From Octopus vulgaris (Eukaryota): a DNA stretch of 64,000 nt. The position numbers and the translations under genes were made by a program. Below, piece by piece: positions 12,850-25,358 of this stretch. The notes under the pieces are model-generated. The model was given only the letters and a program-made list of their open reading frames with translations, made no database searches and had not been told where the DNA came from. Each line of letters starts with the position of its first letter. Position 1 is the stretch's first letter. The stretch spans positions 138,074,001 through 138,138,000 of the forward strand of contig OX597814.1 of assembly GCA_951406725.2 (NCBI GenBank), written 5' to 3'.

Positions 12850-13215
12850 AAGCCATGGCATGATTATGTCGTTAAGAATCTCGCTTAGCGATCATGTTGT
12901 TTCAGGTTCAATCCTACTTCGCGGTACTTTGGGAAAATGTCTTCTACAATATCTCTGGGCTGGTCAACGCCTTGTGAGTGAATATGGTAAACGGAAACTG
13001 TAGAATGCTACACGCACGCGCGCATATGTGTGCGTTTGTCTCCCCCCACCCGTTTGTCAACCGATGTTGGCTTATTTACATCCCCGTAAAGTAGCGATTC
13101 GGCAGAAGAACCGATAGAATAAAGTACCAGACTTAAGAAATAAAGCACGAAGTTCGATTAAAGTTTAATTATTAGACCTTTCAATGCCGTCGCAGTCCAA
13201 GGACTGAAAACAAGA
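12850..13215 (+). mobile_element. tRNA-derived SINE, family A, diverged copy retaining CpGs
   Basis: Homologous throughout to 20434-20850 (ggttcaatcc, gccttgtgagtg, ggaaactg, gatagaataaagtac). Confidence 0.75.
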
Positions 13216-13229
13216 GAATGGCTAAAATG

Positions 13230-13590
13230 GTAATTGATTTGACTTATTGACAAAAATAATAATTTTGTTCAAAAGAAATTTACAACGGTATAATCGTAAT
13301 TAATTTGGTTTAATGAAAAATAAATAAAGTAAAATCAAAATTAATTAGGGTTTACTGAAAAACAACTGTCAATGTTTTTAAATTAAATTTAGATTTACTG
13401 AAGAATAAAATTGTCGATGTTGTTTCTTAAATGTTATTTAGGTTTACTGAAAAAGAAATTGTCAACGTTGTTTTAAAATTTAATTTAGGCTTAATGATGA
13501 AATAAAAAAACAATTATCAATATGTTTTTTAATTTAATTTAGGCTTATTGAAAAAATAATTGTCAACGTGTTCTTAAATATAATTTGTAT
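13230..13590. repeat. Degenerate ~60-bp AT-rich tandem repeat
   Basis: Recurring aattaatttaggtttactgaaaaa...attgtcaa.gttgtt, about 6 units. Confidence 0.7.
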
Positions 13591-15128
13591 GAACCGCCCT
13601 TTCAAAGTATTTTACTAACCGAAGCAACTGGAGGTGGGAGAACTGCTTAAATATATATTATACGTGAGGAGAAAGGTTGTTGAACGAACACTCGCTGCCA
13701 TAAAAGGCCTCTCACATGGCTGAGACAGAGGAGAAAAAAACAAAATGTTAAAACACCCAGGGCATGGGTTGTAGTGTTGCTTTTTTTTACGTTATTTTTT
13801 CCAAGCTATTTTTACCTTCGTTTCGTGTGTGTCCCCCACCACCGCACACAGTTACACACACATATATAGGTGTTATACTCTCTTACTGAGGGTACTTAAA
13901 ATATGACTAACTCTTAAGTGTTCACCCTATAAATAATGTATATTATTTATGATTGTATTCTTTTAACGTGGAAGTGAATTTAAAAGATAACGAAAGGGTT
14001 CCGTTATACTCGTATCATTTTCCTTCCACCATATTTTCTTTCTGTACTCAAGTGTAGTAAATGTGAGAGTTTATGTAATATCAATTAACTTCTATGTCAA
14101 TATTGCATATTATAATATTATAGTGCTACGATAAAACAAGTGGAAGATTTGCTGTAGATAATAACGTCACTCGTTTCCTTGAAGTGAGAACAGAAAACAT
14201 CTTTAAATGTGGTTTCTAACTTTAGCACGAAGTGTCATGTTTCTAGAGGTGAAAAAATAGTTGATTGAATGAATGGTGAACGGAAATAAAATCATTGAGG
14301 AAGGGGAATAGACGGCGTATTCCATTACAATGTTGTATGTAGACAATAGTTAGAAATAATTAAGTCGCTTATTAATTAACAGACAATACACGACGCGTGC
14401 AGAATGAAGAATTATGTAATGGGAAAATAATTACATTTTATGTAATATAATATATAAAATGAAAAGAAGAAAACCCATTAATTCTGATTTTATTGGAGTT
14501 CAATACCTTTTTAGGCGCACTGGGCAGTTACTTTGTTCCGAGGGCTCTGCGGGTTTAGGGGACTAGAGCTAATTCGAGTATAAGATGATATTCTTGTAGG
14601 CTGATTATGAAGGGTACCTCAGTACATTACTTTGTATGGGGAGCTGGGCCACAATACTGCAGGATGGCTCTGAGTCTAACATTTTTCTTGCGTTTTTTTT
14701 TTCTTCCAGGTTAGATTAACTACCCAGTTCCCCATTAAGTGACTGGTTCGTTATTTTATCAGCCCCCGCATGAAAAGCTAAATCAATTCCAGCACTACTT
14801 TAACTGAGAACGAAGTCAAAATATTTACTTTTGCATTCCTATTATATGCTACATCGCCCATCCTAGCTGTATGAAAGTCCTGTTATTTCTACTTGGTCAT
14901 ATTTATGACATGTAAATAAAAACGTGCGACATTACAAGGCCATTTTACCGGATACGTCAGCCTTTGTGCGATCGTTCGGTTTGGCAAAAATAGCAGCTAA
15001 ATCTTCTTCATTTTGCGCTTTATCTTCTGACTCTGATTATAGATTTGTTTATTCAAGGATGATCTGCAGCTAAACATGTTAAGCCGTTGTTGTTTAGTCC
15101 CAGTTCAAACCTGATGGAACAGATAGAC

Positions 15129-15700
15129 CAGTGGTTCTCTACCGGGGTCCATGTAAGATTTTTGGGGATCCACGCAACAAAATAGTAAATTGGGGATCCA
15201 CAATATTATAAAAACCCTTGAAAAGATTTAGCTTTAGATGTATGTATTGCAAGAAACAGCTGGGTTTCTTTCTCTGACATTTTACATAGTTCAACCTACA
15301 CAAGTGAATGTGTGAAAAACAAAACAGGAATTTTGAAAGAAGTTTTAAAAAATAAACATCAAATGGCTATGAGGTCCACTAGAATAAAATAGTTAACAGA
15401 AGGGGTCCATGCTTTGAAAAACAGTAAATTTGGGATCCACAATGGTATTATAAGAGGACCTGGAATGATTTTGCTTTAGATGTATGTATTGGTATGTATT
15501 GCAAGAAACAGCTGGGTTTCTTTCTCAAACATTTTACATAGTTCAGCCTATTTGATGTGTGAAAAACAAAATAGGAATTTTGAATGAAACCAGTAGTTCT
15601 CAACCAGAGTCTACATGACACTTAGGGGTCCACATAAGACAGGAGTTAACCAAAGGGGGTCCGAGGGACTTCCTAGGGCTTGGCAAGGAATTACAGGGGG
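15129..15700. mobile_element. hAT-like MITE remnants with an internal duplication
   Basis: Starts cagtggttctctaccgggg, with a second cagtagttctcaacc near 15592. 15180-15340 is duplicated at 15420-15585. Confidence 0.5.
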
Positions 15701-16033
15701 TCGATGATAGCCAAAGGGTCGAATGGGGGTCAGTGTGCGAAAGACCAGCTCACCCAGAAGTGCTTGGTTCCATGAGTTGTGTATAAAACAGTGGAAAGAA
15801 ATACAAGAAAACGAGTTTTCAATGAACTGCAATACTTTATTTATCTGCTAAATGAATTTGTACAGTGACCCAGTTGGATACATCATGAAGATAACACTCT
15901 GTAGAAAACATTCATAGTCTGCTTCTCAACTCGGTTGAAACTTGGCAAACAGAAACAAAATGACATAACATAGCTCACTGAAAATTCTCACCTTGCTGGC
16001 GAAAACAGGAAAAATTCTTTTATTTATTGATGA

Positions 16034-16418
16034 CTAGCAGTATCGCCCGGCGTTGCTCGGGTTTGTAAGGGAAATAACTATAAAGCATTTTTAGAGTTAT
16101 AGCCAAAAAATAGCAAAAGAATGGAAAAAAATTATGGTAATTTTTTTTTTTTGAGAGTTAAAAAAAGTCGAGTTGCGTCCCCTAGACAATCTGTGGTTTG
16201 CGTTTCTGATTCTCGACCCCATGTCGAATTTATCGATTTTTTTCAGAACTGGGGGAACTTTTCAAAATTTTCGCTGCGTTAGTTTTGAATTATGACATTG
16301 GGCTATGTGTGTGTCAAGTTTCATCAGAATCGGTTGAAAGCCGTGATCAGAGTGAGGGTACAACCTGACAAACACACAGACACGCAGACAGACAAACTGC
16401 CGTTTATATAGAGAGAGA
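16034..16418 (-). mobile_element. Non-autonomous Helitron with the same 3' end as 10208 but a different 5' half
   Basis: Terminus ctagcagtatcgcccggcgttgctcggg. The other end ...gaga|t gives TC on the minus strand. A|T target. Confidence 0.8.
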
Positions 16419-17343
16419 TTAGAGGCTTAAAACAGCATTTGATTTTCCTGTGCTGCTTGGTCTATCACACAACGCATTTGAATACAAAACTGTACCCCAC
16501 ATAAAACTAAACCAATCCAAGAAATAGACTCAGTCAAGTATTACACCATTACATGACTGGTTTATGTGACCAATCGTTAGGAACATGCAGGATGAGCCGA
16601 TTTCCAACTATTTTCATTCTTTAAGCCTAAACAATCTGACAATTAACAGTCTCGCTACACTTCTACAATGCACAAGATGTTTTAAGAATATTTTAATACA
16701 GATCCAAGTTATATTTAATTATAAAAATAAAATAAGGTATTTTGAAACTTCAAATGGCTATGGGTGTCCAGTAGAATAAAATAGGAATTAAAGTAAAAAA
16801 TAGAACAAACATTTGAATATGTGTGTGTATGTATGTATATGTATATGCGTGAAATGGTCATGATAGAAAGTAATTGAATCTCTAAAAATTTTCTGTATGA
16901 TGTGTGAGCCCAGGGTAAAAGACTAGCACACAGACTAAAGTTAAGATATAAGTACTTTATCAAGAATACACCGAAGGTCAAAATCTTGGAAACTAGATGG
17001 AAAAAATCTTATGCAGGAAAGCAATGCTTGATGGCTGGAGGGAATTGGAACAAAGTTGCATCAAGCATTCACTGCTCAAAAGAGATGGTTTGTAAGGGTC
17101 TTGATGTGAATTGCCTGAGTATGTTAGCGCAGAGCCCAGTTTAAGCTGTAACAATAATACACAATTATATTTGATGTAGAGGCACATAGCTTAGTGGTTA
17201 GGGTGTTGAACTCCCGATCATAAGATTGTGGTTTTGATTTCTGGACTGGGTAATGTATTGTGTTCTTGAGTAAGACACTTCGTTTCACATTACTTCAGTC
17301 CCTTCAGTTTGTAAAATGAGTAATCCTGTTTAATCTAGGTGTA

Positions 17344-17414
17344 CCTGTTGATGAAGACTTCGCCGAGCAAATTATTTTATTTGCTAAAAAAAAGTCTGAC
17401 ACCATGGTATCAGG
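17344..17414 (+). ncRNA. Decayed minimal type I hammerhead ribozyme motif
   Basis: cctg-TTGATGA-agactt...aagtct-GACA-ccatgg-TA-tcagg. 6-bp stem II, palindromic stem III ACCATGGT, stem I cctg/cagg. Two core changes relative to CUGAUGA/GAAA. Confidence 0.55.
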
Positions 17415-17442
17415 AGATAGATGGTAAATGTTTTTATTTTTC

Positions 17443-18055
17443 ATTCCCTTTGAGTTTTTATCCCTAATAGTGGTTTGGACTTTAGCTGTTCCTTCTAGCG
17501 TGAAAGGAAACCTATGATGGATACCTCTTATGTGTTTAACTGTACACTGTATTTATATGAATAATATATAGTCTATTGGCTTATTTTTCTACACACTAGG
17601 CCGCAGGCAGTAAACATTTCTAAAATCTTTATTACCCTGATATTGATTATATATGTATAGTTAAAATTTATAGAAAAACAAAAGTCGAAGACAGGTGTAT
17701 GAAAAAGCCTGTAGATTTTGCAGTCAAGCATGGGGAATATATATATATATATATATTCCCTTTGAGTTTTTATCCCTAATAGTGGTTTGGACTTTAGCTG
17801 TTCCTTCTAGCGTGAAAGGAAACCTATGATGGATACCTCTTATGTTTAAATGTACACTGTATTTATATGAATAATATATAGTCTATTGACTAATTTTTCT
17901 ACACACTAGGCCGCAGGCAGTAAACATTTCTAAAATCTTTATTACCCTGATATTGATTATATATGTATAGTTAAAATTTATAGAAAAACAAAAATCGAAG
18001 ACACGTGTATGAAAAAAACCTGTAGATTTTGCAGTTAAGCATGGGGAATATATAT
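17443..18055. repeat. Near-identical 312-bp tandem duplication
   Basis: Unit attccctttgagtt...gcatggggaatata starts at 17443 and again at 17755, with only a few differences. Confidence 0.92.
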
Positions 18056-19099
18056 ATATATGTAGTTCAAATTTACAGTAAACAATAGATGAAGACAGGT
18101 GAGGGAAAAACAAGCAGGTGTATTAGTTTGAAGATCAGGAAGAATGGAAAAGTCTTTGATGTTTTGGGTGTATGTTCTTAACAGAGAGGGTTGAGAGGGG
18201 AAAAAATGGAGAGAGAATGAAAAAGTGGAGAGAGAAAAACATGTGTTGGGATTAATGGTTCAACACGATAAGTTGTGTGTGTGTGTAAAGTGTTATTGGT
18301 AAAGGATTATAAATCCAGATCAAATACTTGGCAAGCTCTCTGTTATTACAAATACACTAGACTAACAGAATGGTTTCAGATTGGTATAGAACTCCAGGAA
18401 ATCCTATGATAAGGTCCAAAGTTGATGTCCATCACCAGTTGATTTTTGTGAATCCATAGTTTTACTCCCCAGTTAAACTGGTCTTTTTCACAGAGTGACA
18501 TACAAGAAAAGGTATAATTAATTGTCTTTGAATAATTCTTTATTTGTGCATCTAGATGCACCAATAAAGAAAACTCATATATATTTGTGTGTGTGTGTGT
18601 ACATATATATATTATGTATGTGTGTATGTATATGTAGGTGTGTATATGTATGTATGCTACAACTATTTTGTTAAGCGTGTCTCAGTATCAGTCATTTGCA
18701 TTAAAAAAAAATAATTAAAAAATCTCAGATGAGAGTGCACATCAACAAAACAATAATAGCAAGTAGGCAGCTGTAAAATACATTAACTGCAGCATTTTTC
18801 TAAACAAGTCATTATCAAAATATTGCATGAAAACCTTTTCAGGTTTGAAAAAACTACTAAGTCCTGTAAAGTAGCTGTTAATTGGAATGCTATTATTGAG
18901 CTGCACACTGTTTAAAGGTTAAAAGGAAACACAAACTGTCGAAAAAGCATGAAAACTTTTTGAATATATTTTTTTAATTGTTTATTCCTGTGAATTGTTC
19001 TGCAAACTTTTGATGAAGGAACACTTTGAGTGACCCCTAATCTAAAAGGGGAAAAAAAATCATGTCACCTATTTACTTGGTTTATTAAAGTTACAATGA

Positions 19100-19432
19100 A
19101 GGCACATGGCACAGTGGTTAGAGCATCGAGCTTATGATCATGAGTCTGTGAGTTCAATTCCCAGACTGGGCTGTGTGTTGTATTCTTGAGCAAGACACTT
19201 TATTTCATGTTTCTCCAGTTAACTCAGCTGTAGAAATGAGTTGTGACATCACTGCTGCCAAGCTGTATCAGCCTTTGCATTTCCCTTGGATACCATCAGT
19301 GGTGTGGCGAGGGGAGACTGGTATGCATGGGCGACTGCTGGCCTTCCATAAACAACCTTGCCCAGACTTGTGCCTCAGAGCGTAACTTTCTAGGTGCAAT
19401 CCCATGGTCATTCATGACCGAAGGGGGTCTCC
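19100..19432 (+). mobile_element. tRNA-derived SINE, family C variant
   Basis: Head ggcacatggcacagtggttagagc...gagttcaattcc. The 3' part (ggcgactgctgg...gaccgaagggggtc) is shared with 39560-39720. Confidence 0.75.
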
Positions 19433-19892
19433 TCCTCTCTAAAGTTACAATATAATGACCCTGTAATCCCACAGTTTTGACATATATCTGGTTTCCAGTT
19501 TGTTTAGCTAAATCTTTTCAAGCACAGTTGCAATTCAGTAAATGCAACCAGTAAAAGGTAAAATATATGCCTACCTGATCTCACTTGACCTAGGGTTAAA
19601 CACAAGTAAAGATCATATAAAAAGAAAGGCACATATCATATTAGAAGTCGCAATCAAAGCACATCCACTAACTACTAACTGAAACCAATGTAATGGGCAT
19701 GGTTTGTAAATGTAGCAGTCTCTGCCTTGACATGTTCAACTATCCATAATCATGTAGACATATGCACAACATAATAGAATACAACTGCAACACAATCCAT
19801 GCTTATATGGGCCAGACACAATTCATTGAGACAGATTTTTTATGACCAGATGCTCTTCCTGTTGCCAACTCTGTTTTTAAACTAGTGTTTCA

Positions 19893-20122
19893 TTAACCCT
19901 TTCGTTACTGCATTTATTTTGAGATGCTCTGTGTTTCTTTTAATCATTTCAAATATAACAAAGAATTTAGTAAAATAACTTAGTTATCATTAAGCTAGTG
20001 TTAGGAACATAAATTGTGACTAAGGTTTGGTGGAAGATTTTCAATTCAAAACTTATGAAAACAAGACATTTGTACTACAGAGCCAGAGCCGGTTTCAGCC
20101 GGGTTGATAATAAAAGGGTTAA
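19893..20122. mobile_element. TTAA MITE (piggyBac-like)
   Basis: ttaaccctttcgtta...taaaagggttaa. Same family at 21219-21773, 46743-46967 and 63123-63338. Confidence 0.8.
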
Positions 20123-20433
20123 AGCTAGACATGTTTTAACAAGATTGAAAACATAAAACTGCATTTTTATGGTGACACCCATTTAAAACTCCTGTGTGAT
20201 GTCAAGGCAGGGAGACACACACACACACACACACGTGTGCATATGCAGTATACTTCTTTCAGCTTTCATCTAAGTTCACTTTCAAGGCTTTGGTCAGCCT
20301 GGTGCTATAGTAGAAGACTCTTGCCCAAGATGCCATGCAATGGTACTGAACCCAAAATCACTTAGTTGGGAAGGAAACTTCTTAAACACACCAATGCCTG
20401 TAACTACAACCGCATCAGACAAGAATGTTAGCA

Positions 20434-20850
20434 GCATAGGAGTGGCTGTGTGGTAAGTAGCTTGCTTATGAGCCACATGGTTCCAGGTTCAGTCCCACTG
20501 CGTGGCACCTTGGGCAAATGTCTTCTGCTATAGCCTCGGGCCGACCAAAGCCTTGTGAGTGGATTTGGTTGATGAAACTGAAAGAAGCCCGTTGTATATA
20601 TGTATGTGTATATATATATGTATGTGTGTATATATGTTTGTGTGTCTGTGTTTGTCCCCTCCCCAACATCGCTTGACAACTGATGCTGATGTGTTTACGT
20701 CCCCCGTAACTTAGTGGTTCAACAGAAGAAACCGATAGAATAAGTACTAGGCTTACAAAGAATAAGTCCTGGGGTCGAGTTGCTCGACTAAAGGTGGTGC
20801 TCCAGCATGGCCACAGCCACATGACTGAAACAAATAAAAGAGTAGAGAGT
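20434..20850 (+). mobile_element. tRNA-derived SINE, family A, near full length
   Basis: A-box-like tggctgtgtggtaag, B-box-like ggttcagtccc, an internal (TA/TG)n tract, and 3' cagcatggccacag...gactgaaacaaataaaag. Many partial copies elsewhere (e.g. 1945, 25150, 26915, 36575, 42505, 47940, 56520). Confidence 0.88.
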
Positions 20851-21218
20851 GCATAACATTCAACTAACTCTACTGTTATGTCATAACTTTGCTTGATCAA
20901 AGTTGATCTGGGCCTAAGCCTGACTAAAGTTGCTTAACAATAACATTTCTGTATGCGTGTGTGCGTGAATATTTAAGCTAATTTTCTATTTTTACTTTTA
21001 TATTCTGCTACAAGTTTCAATCACTGAAGTGTAGTCATGCAGAGGCACTGCCTTGAAAAGTTTTAGTCAATTATATCAACCTCAATAGTTTGTCTGGTTC
21101 TCTTTCCATCATTCTCATAGGATATGAAGTGCAAAGTGAACACTGACTGAAGGTGAAATGAATAAGTCCAGCATAAGTACTGCTAGACATTTCTGTCCCA
21201 ATCTACCATTTGTCACTC

Positions 21219-21773
21219 TTAACCGTTTTCTTACCAACCCGTATGAAACCAGCTGTTGCTCTGAGTACAAATGTCTTGTTTACATAAGTTTTGAATTAAA
21301 ATCTTCTACCAAGCCTTAGTCATAATTTATGTTCCTAACACTAGATGAATGATAACAAAGTTATTTTACAAAATTCTTTGTTATATTTAAAGTAATTGAA
21401 AGAAACACAGAGCATCTCAAAATAAATACAGTAATGAAAGGGTTTTTTAAATTTATTTATGTGCCCTTTTCAAGGCTAGCCAGGCTCATGGTACCAGTTT
21501 CCTGGTTTCTGTGGCGTATGTGTTCCCCCCGGCTGGATGGGATGCCAGTCTATCACAGCGTTACTCAAGAAACAGGAGGAAAGAGTGAGAGAAAGTTGGC
21601 GAAAGAGTACAACAGGGGTCGCCACCACCCCTTGCCGGAGCCTCATGGATCTTTAGGTGTTTTCGCTCAATAAACACACACAACACCCGGTCTGGGAATC
21701 GAAACCACGATCCTCCGACTGCAAGTCCTCTGCCCTAACCACTGGGCCATTGCGCCTCCAACGAAAGGGTTAA
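21219..21773. mobile_element. TTAA MITE with a SINE inserted in its right TIR
   Basis: Body is the reverse complement of 19893-20122. The right end aa(t/c)gaaagggtt is duplicated on both sides of the SINE. Confidence 0.75.
21445..21759 (-). mobile_element. tRNA-derived SINE, family C
   Basis: Minus-strand head ggaggcgcaatggcccagtggttagggcag...gtttcgattcccagacc. 12-bp TSD at 21433-21444 and 21760-21771. Confidence 0.85.
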
Positions 21774-22482
21774 GGGTCAAATAAATAGAGTTGTATCATT
21801 AGCATGTGGCTAGTTCTGTGCAGTGGTGATGTGATCTTAATGAATCACCTGCACAGCATGAGATAATATGCCTTGCTCAAGGACACACCATGCTCTTCGG
21901 TCTGAGTATTGAACCAATGACCTTTACTTATGGTTGCCAGTCCAACACATTACCCATTAAGCCACACATCATTACATGATTTATTACTAAAGTAGGAGGA
22001 AAAAAAGAAAGAAAAATTTGGTTTGTGTTTCTAAGAACCTAGCTACACGTAATGGAGAGTATTACAAAGGAATTTACTAACGTTATTGCTCAGAATGTGT
22101 CCAAAGAGCCAGTCTTATCTGGAGTAACAATATTAATAAAATAATAAGAAATAACTCCCATTACAATTACTAACATGGAGTTCGCTCACTTTATTGCCTA
22201 TTTATTAATTAGTAAAAAGGAATGTAAACGGCATAACATTCTGCTGCTTTAATTAGGTTCACTTTCTAAGCTCTGTTTTCCATTAATTGTAAAGCATCGA
22301 AGAAACTATAAATTACTTTCTTTCCTATAGGTATATTCTCCAGATTTTGGTTTTGATTCTGTTATGTACAAAGAGGAGAAGCATAGCTGTTTGGGTAACA
22401 AGTTTGCTTTGCAGCCAGGTAATCTTGGTTCTGATTCCAATGCATTATTTGGCATTGTTTTCTATTAGGCTGATATATATAT

Positions 22483-22516
<34 letters not shown>

Positions 22517-23277
22517 CCTCCTCCTCATCATCATTTAATGTGCATTGTCCATGCTGGCATGGGTTGGATAGTTTGACCAGGGCTGGCAAGCTGAAGGTTG
22601 CACCAGATTCTAGTCTGATTTGGCATGGTTTCTATGGCTGGATGCCTTATATGTGTGTGGTGTGTGTGTGAAGGTGTATGGCTTTGTAGTTAGGCTGTTG
22701 CACTCATGATTGCTAGATTGTGGGTTTGATTTTGTCCAGCATGCTAACAATTGTCAGTTCACTGCCTCATGCTACAATTTGGGTGGCCAAACATATACAT
22801 CTATCCTTGTTTACCTTTTGTGCCAGTGGGACATAAACAGCACCCATTGCACTCCTGGAGTGGTTGGCATTAGGAAGGGCATCCAGTTGTAGAAACCACG
22901 CCAAATCGGACTGGGGTCTGGTGCAGCCCTCCTGCTTACCACTTCCAGTCAAACTGTCAAACCCATGCCAGTATGAAAAGCAGACACTAAATGATGATGA
23001 TGATGATGATGATGGTGACAACACATGGGACGTACAAGGCCTGAAATAACACTGCATACCTCACAGTGCATTGAATCATATTGTACCGGGCTTATTGTAA
23101 GATAATGGGAGAATGGCAAAAAATTAATAGTGAAATGTATGTGACAGCTTTGGCAGTATGGTTACATGTTCATTTCTGTGGCAAGAAGTTGAATGCTTAA
23201 ATTAATTTAAGGTTCCTAAACTAAAAGTAATTTTTTTTTACAATAATTTTTTTCTTACAATATCATCATAATTTAAA

Positions 23278-23650
23278 GTGGTGACCTGGCAGAAATGTTA
23301 GCACGCCAGATGAAATGCTTAGCTGTATTTCGTCTGCTGTTATGGTCTGAGTTCAAATTCTGCTGAGGTCGACTTTGCCTTTCATCCTTTCGGGGTCGAT
23401 AAATTAAGTACCAGTTATGCACTGGGGTCGATGTAATTGACTTAATCTCTTTGTTCTTGTTTGTCCACTCTATGTTTAGCCCCTTGTGGGTAGTAAAGAA
23501 ATAGTTATTTCGTCTGCTGTTACACTCCTGCTGAGGTCAACTTTGCCTTTCATTTTTTGGGGTTGATAAATTAAGTACCAGTTACATACTGGTGTCAATC
23601 TAATCGACTGGCCCCCTCCCCCAAAATTTTGGGCCTTGTGCCTAGAGTAG
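23278..23650 (+). mobile_element. tRNA-derived SINE, family B
   Basis: Colinear with 6201-6590. Shorter copies near 26340, 31430, 31685, 35575, 45800 and 62085. Confidence 0.85.
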
Positions 23651-24759
23651 AATTTGTTTGCAAAATCTGTTTTCAAAATTAATGATACACTTTTAGAAGT
23701 CAGAAACAAAACTTAGTCATGTACGATGAGCTTATCAAACAGTTTACATCTCAGAGAAGAAGAATAGAACTTAAATATAAGTAATTTAAATAAATAAAAT
23801 TATATGATCTCTTATTTTTCAGCATGTGTGCATAAGAAAATTATGGCTTATTTTAGAATGCTTACGATTTATAGGGTATTATTAATTAGGTTTAATTTAG
23901 TGCCATATATCTGTATCCCAACTGAATTAAGTTTACATTATTTACATTTTGGATCCCACATTTTGAATTGAAATACACAATTTGTATACCTAATTTGAGT
24001 AATATTAATGGTAGTCATAGTATGGTCAGTGTGGCAACACACCCAATGACAACAATTACCATACACCACAGATGTGTGTGTGTGTTTGTGTGTCTCTCTT
24101 CTATGACTGCTTGACAACTGGTGTTGGTGTGTTTACAACCTTGTAACTTAGCAGTTCAGCAAAAGAGACTAATAGAATAAATACCAGGCTTTAAAAAAAA
24201 AAATAATACTGGGGTCCATTCTTTTGACCAAAGGGTCTTCAAAGTGGTGTCCCAGCATGGCCACAGTCTAATGACTGGAGCTAGTAAAAGGTAAAAGATA
24301 TTTAGTAAAATAACTTTCTCATTATTAAACTGGAATCAGGAACAATTTAACAGAAAATTATGATGGAAGATTATGATTTAGACCACTTTAAAACTGTAAA
24401 GATTATGTCATAGAATTAGAGGCAGTCTCAGGTGAGCTGGTATCAAACGAGTTATAGTGTTATTATTAGCATTGATTTATTAATTCTCATGTGACCTATA
24501 TTTAACTATAATTAAACCACTTAGAAGAAGAAAATTGGTGTTTTAATTATTTCCCTGAAGCTGGGACATGGGGAAAACATTACAAATTACAGGTGCCAAA
24601 TAGCTCAATCAATCATATATCTTAAAATCGCACCAGATGTAATTAAAATTCTATAATTTGCTTTGCTAGAGTATTTTTAAGGTTTAATATTTGTCCTTAT
24701 TTTTTGTCAACAACAGTTAGTCATTGACTTACAGGATTACACTTACAAGAAGCCAAGCA

Positions 24760-25095
24760 TATTCCTCATGAATACTTGAACTTCTGACTCACTGTTGTGC
24801 AGTCTCTTCTCTGCCTTTCCTATTACTTCTATAATGGCCTCTGTTTCTCAGACCTGACTAATCTGATACCTCGTCTACTTGGACACTCCTTGCCACTTGT
24901 CTCTCCTTCTGTTTATCATTCTTGTTAAGTCCAAAATCCCCTTCCCCCCCCCCCGGCCCAGGTCCCATATCAATTACTTTCCTCATTCCTTCTACCTCAG
25001 AATACTATCCTTCTGGAATCTCCACCCTGATCATGTTTTTGTTGTGGGTGTTGACTTTCAACAGCTTCAACAAGAAACATCAACATCTTCAGTAT
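24760..25095 (+). mobile_element. L2/CR1-group LINE 3' fragment, decayed
   Basis: Reads HCCAVSS..SYYFYNGLCFSDLTNLIP ... HSFYLRILSFWNLHPDHVF..DFQQ, versus consensus HRRxVASL.LFYRY..G.CS.EL..LVP ... SFFPRT..LWN.LP..VF...DLQ.FK. Confidence 0.6.
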
Positions 25096-25317
25096 TACTC
25101 ATTTTTGAGGTCCTGCAAAGGTCATGAGCACTTCCTTTCCCTCCAAATCCAGTGGCTGTGTGGTAAGAAGCTTGTTTCCCCCACCTCGTGGTTCTGGGTT
25201 TGGTCCCACTGAATGGCACCATGGACAAATGTCTTCTACTATAGACTCGGGACCAACCAAAACCTCGTGAGTGAATTTGGTAGATGGAAACTGAAAGAAC
25301 CCTGTCATGTTTGTATG

Positions 25318-25358
<41 letters not shown>

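Noticed and set aside
20434-20510. tRNA-like A/B boxes, here and at other SINE heads
   Set aside because: No complete cloverleaf, and the sequence continues into dispersed repeat bodies. These are SINE heads, not tRNA genes.
22320-22400. tttcctatag acceptor-like site as another SLC7 exon
   Set aside because: The downstream translation shows no transporter similarity and runs into a SINE.
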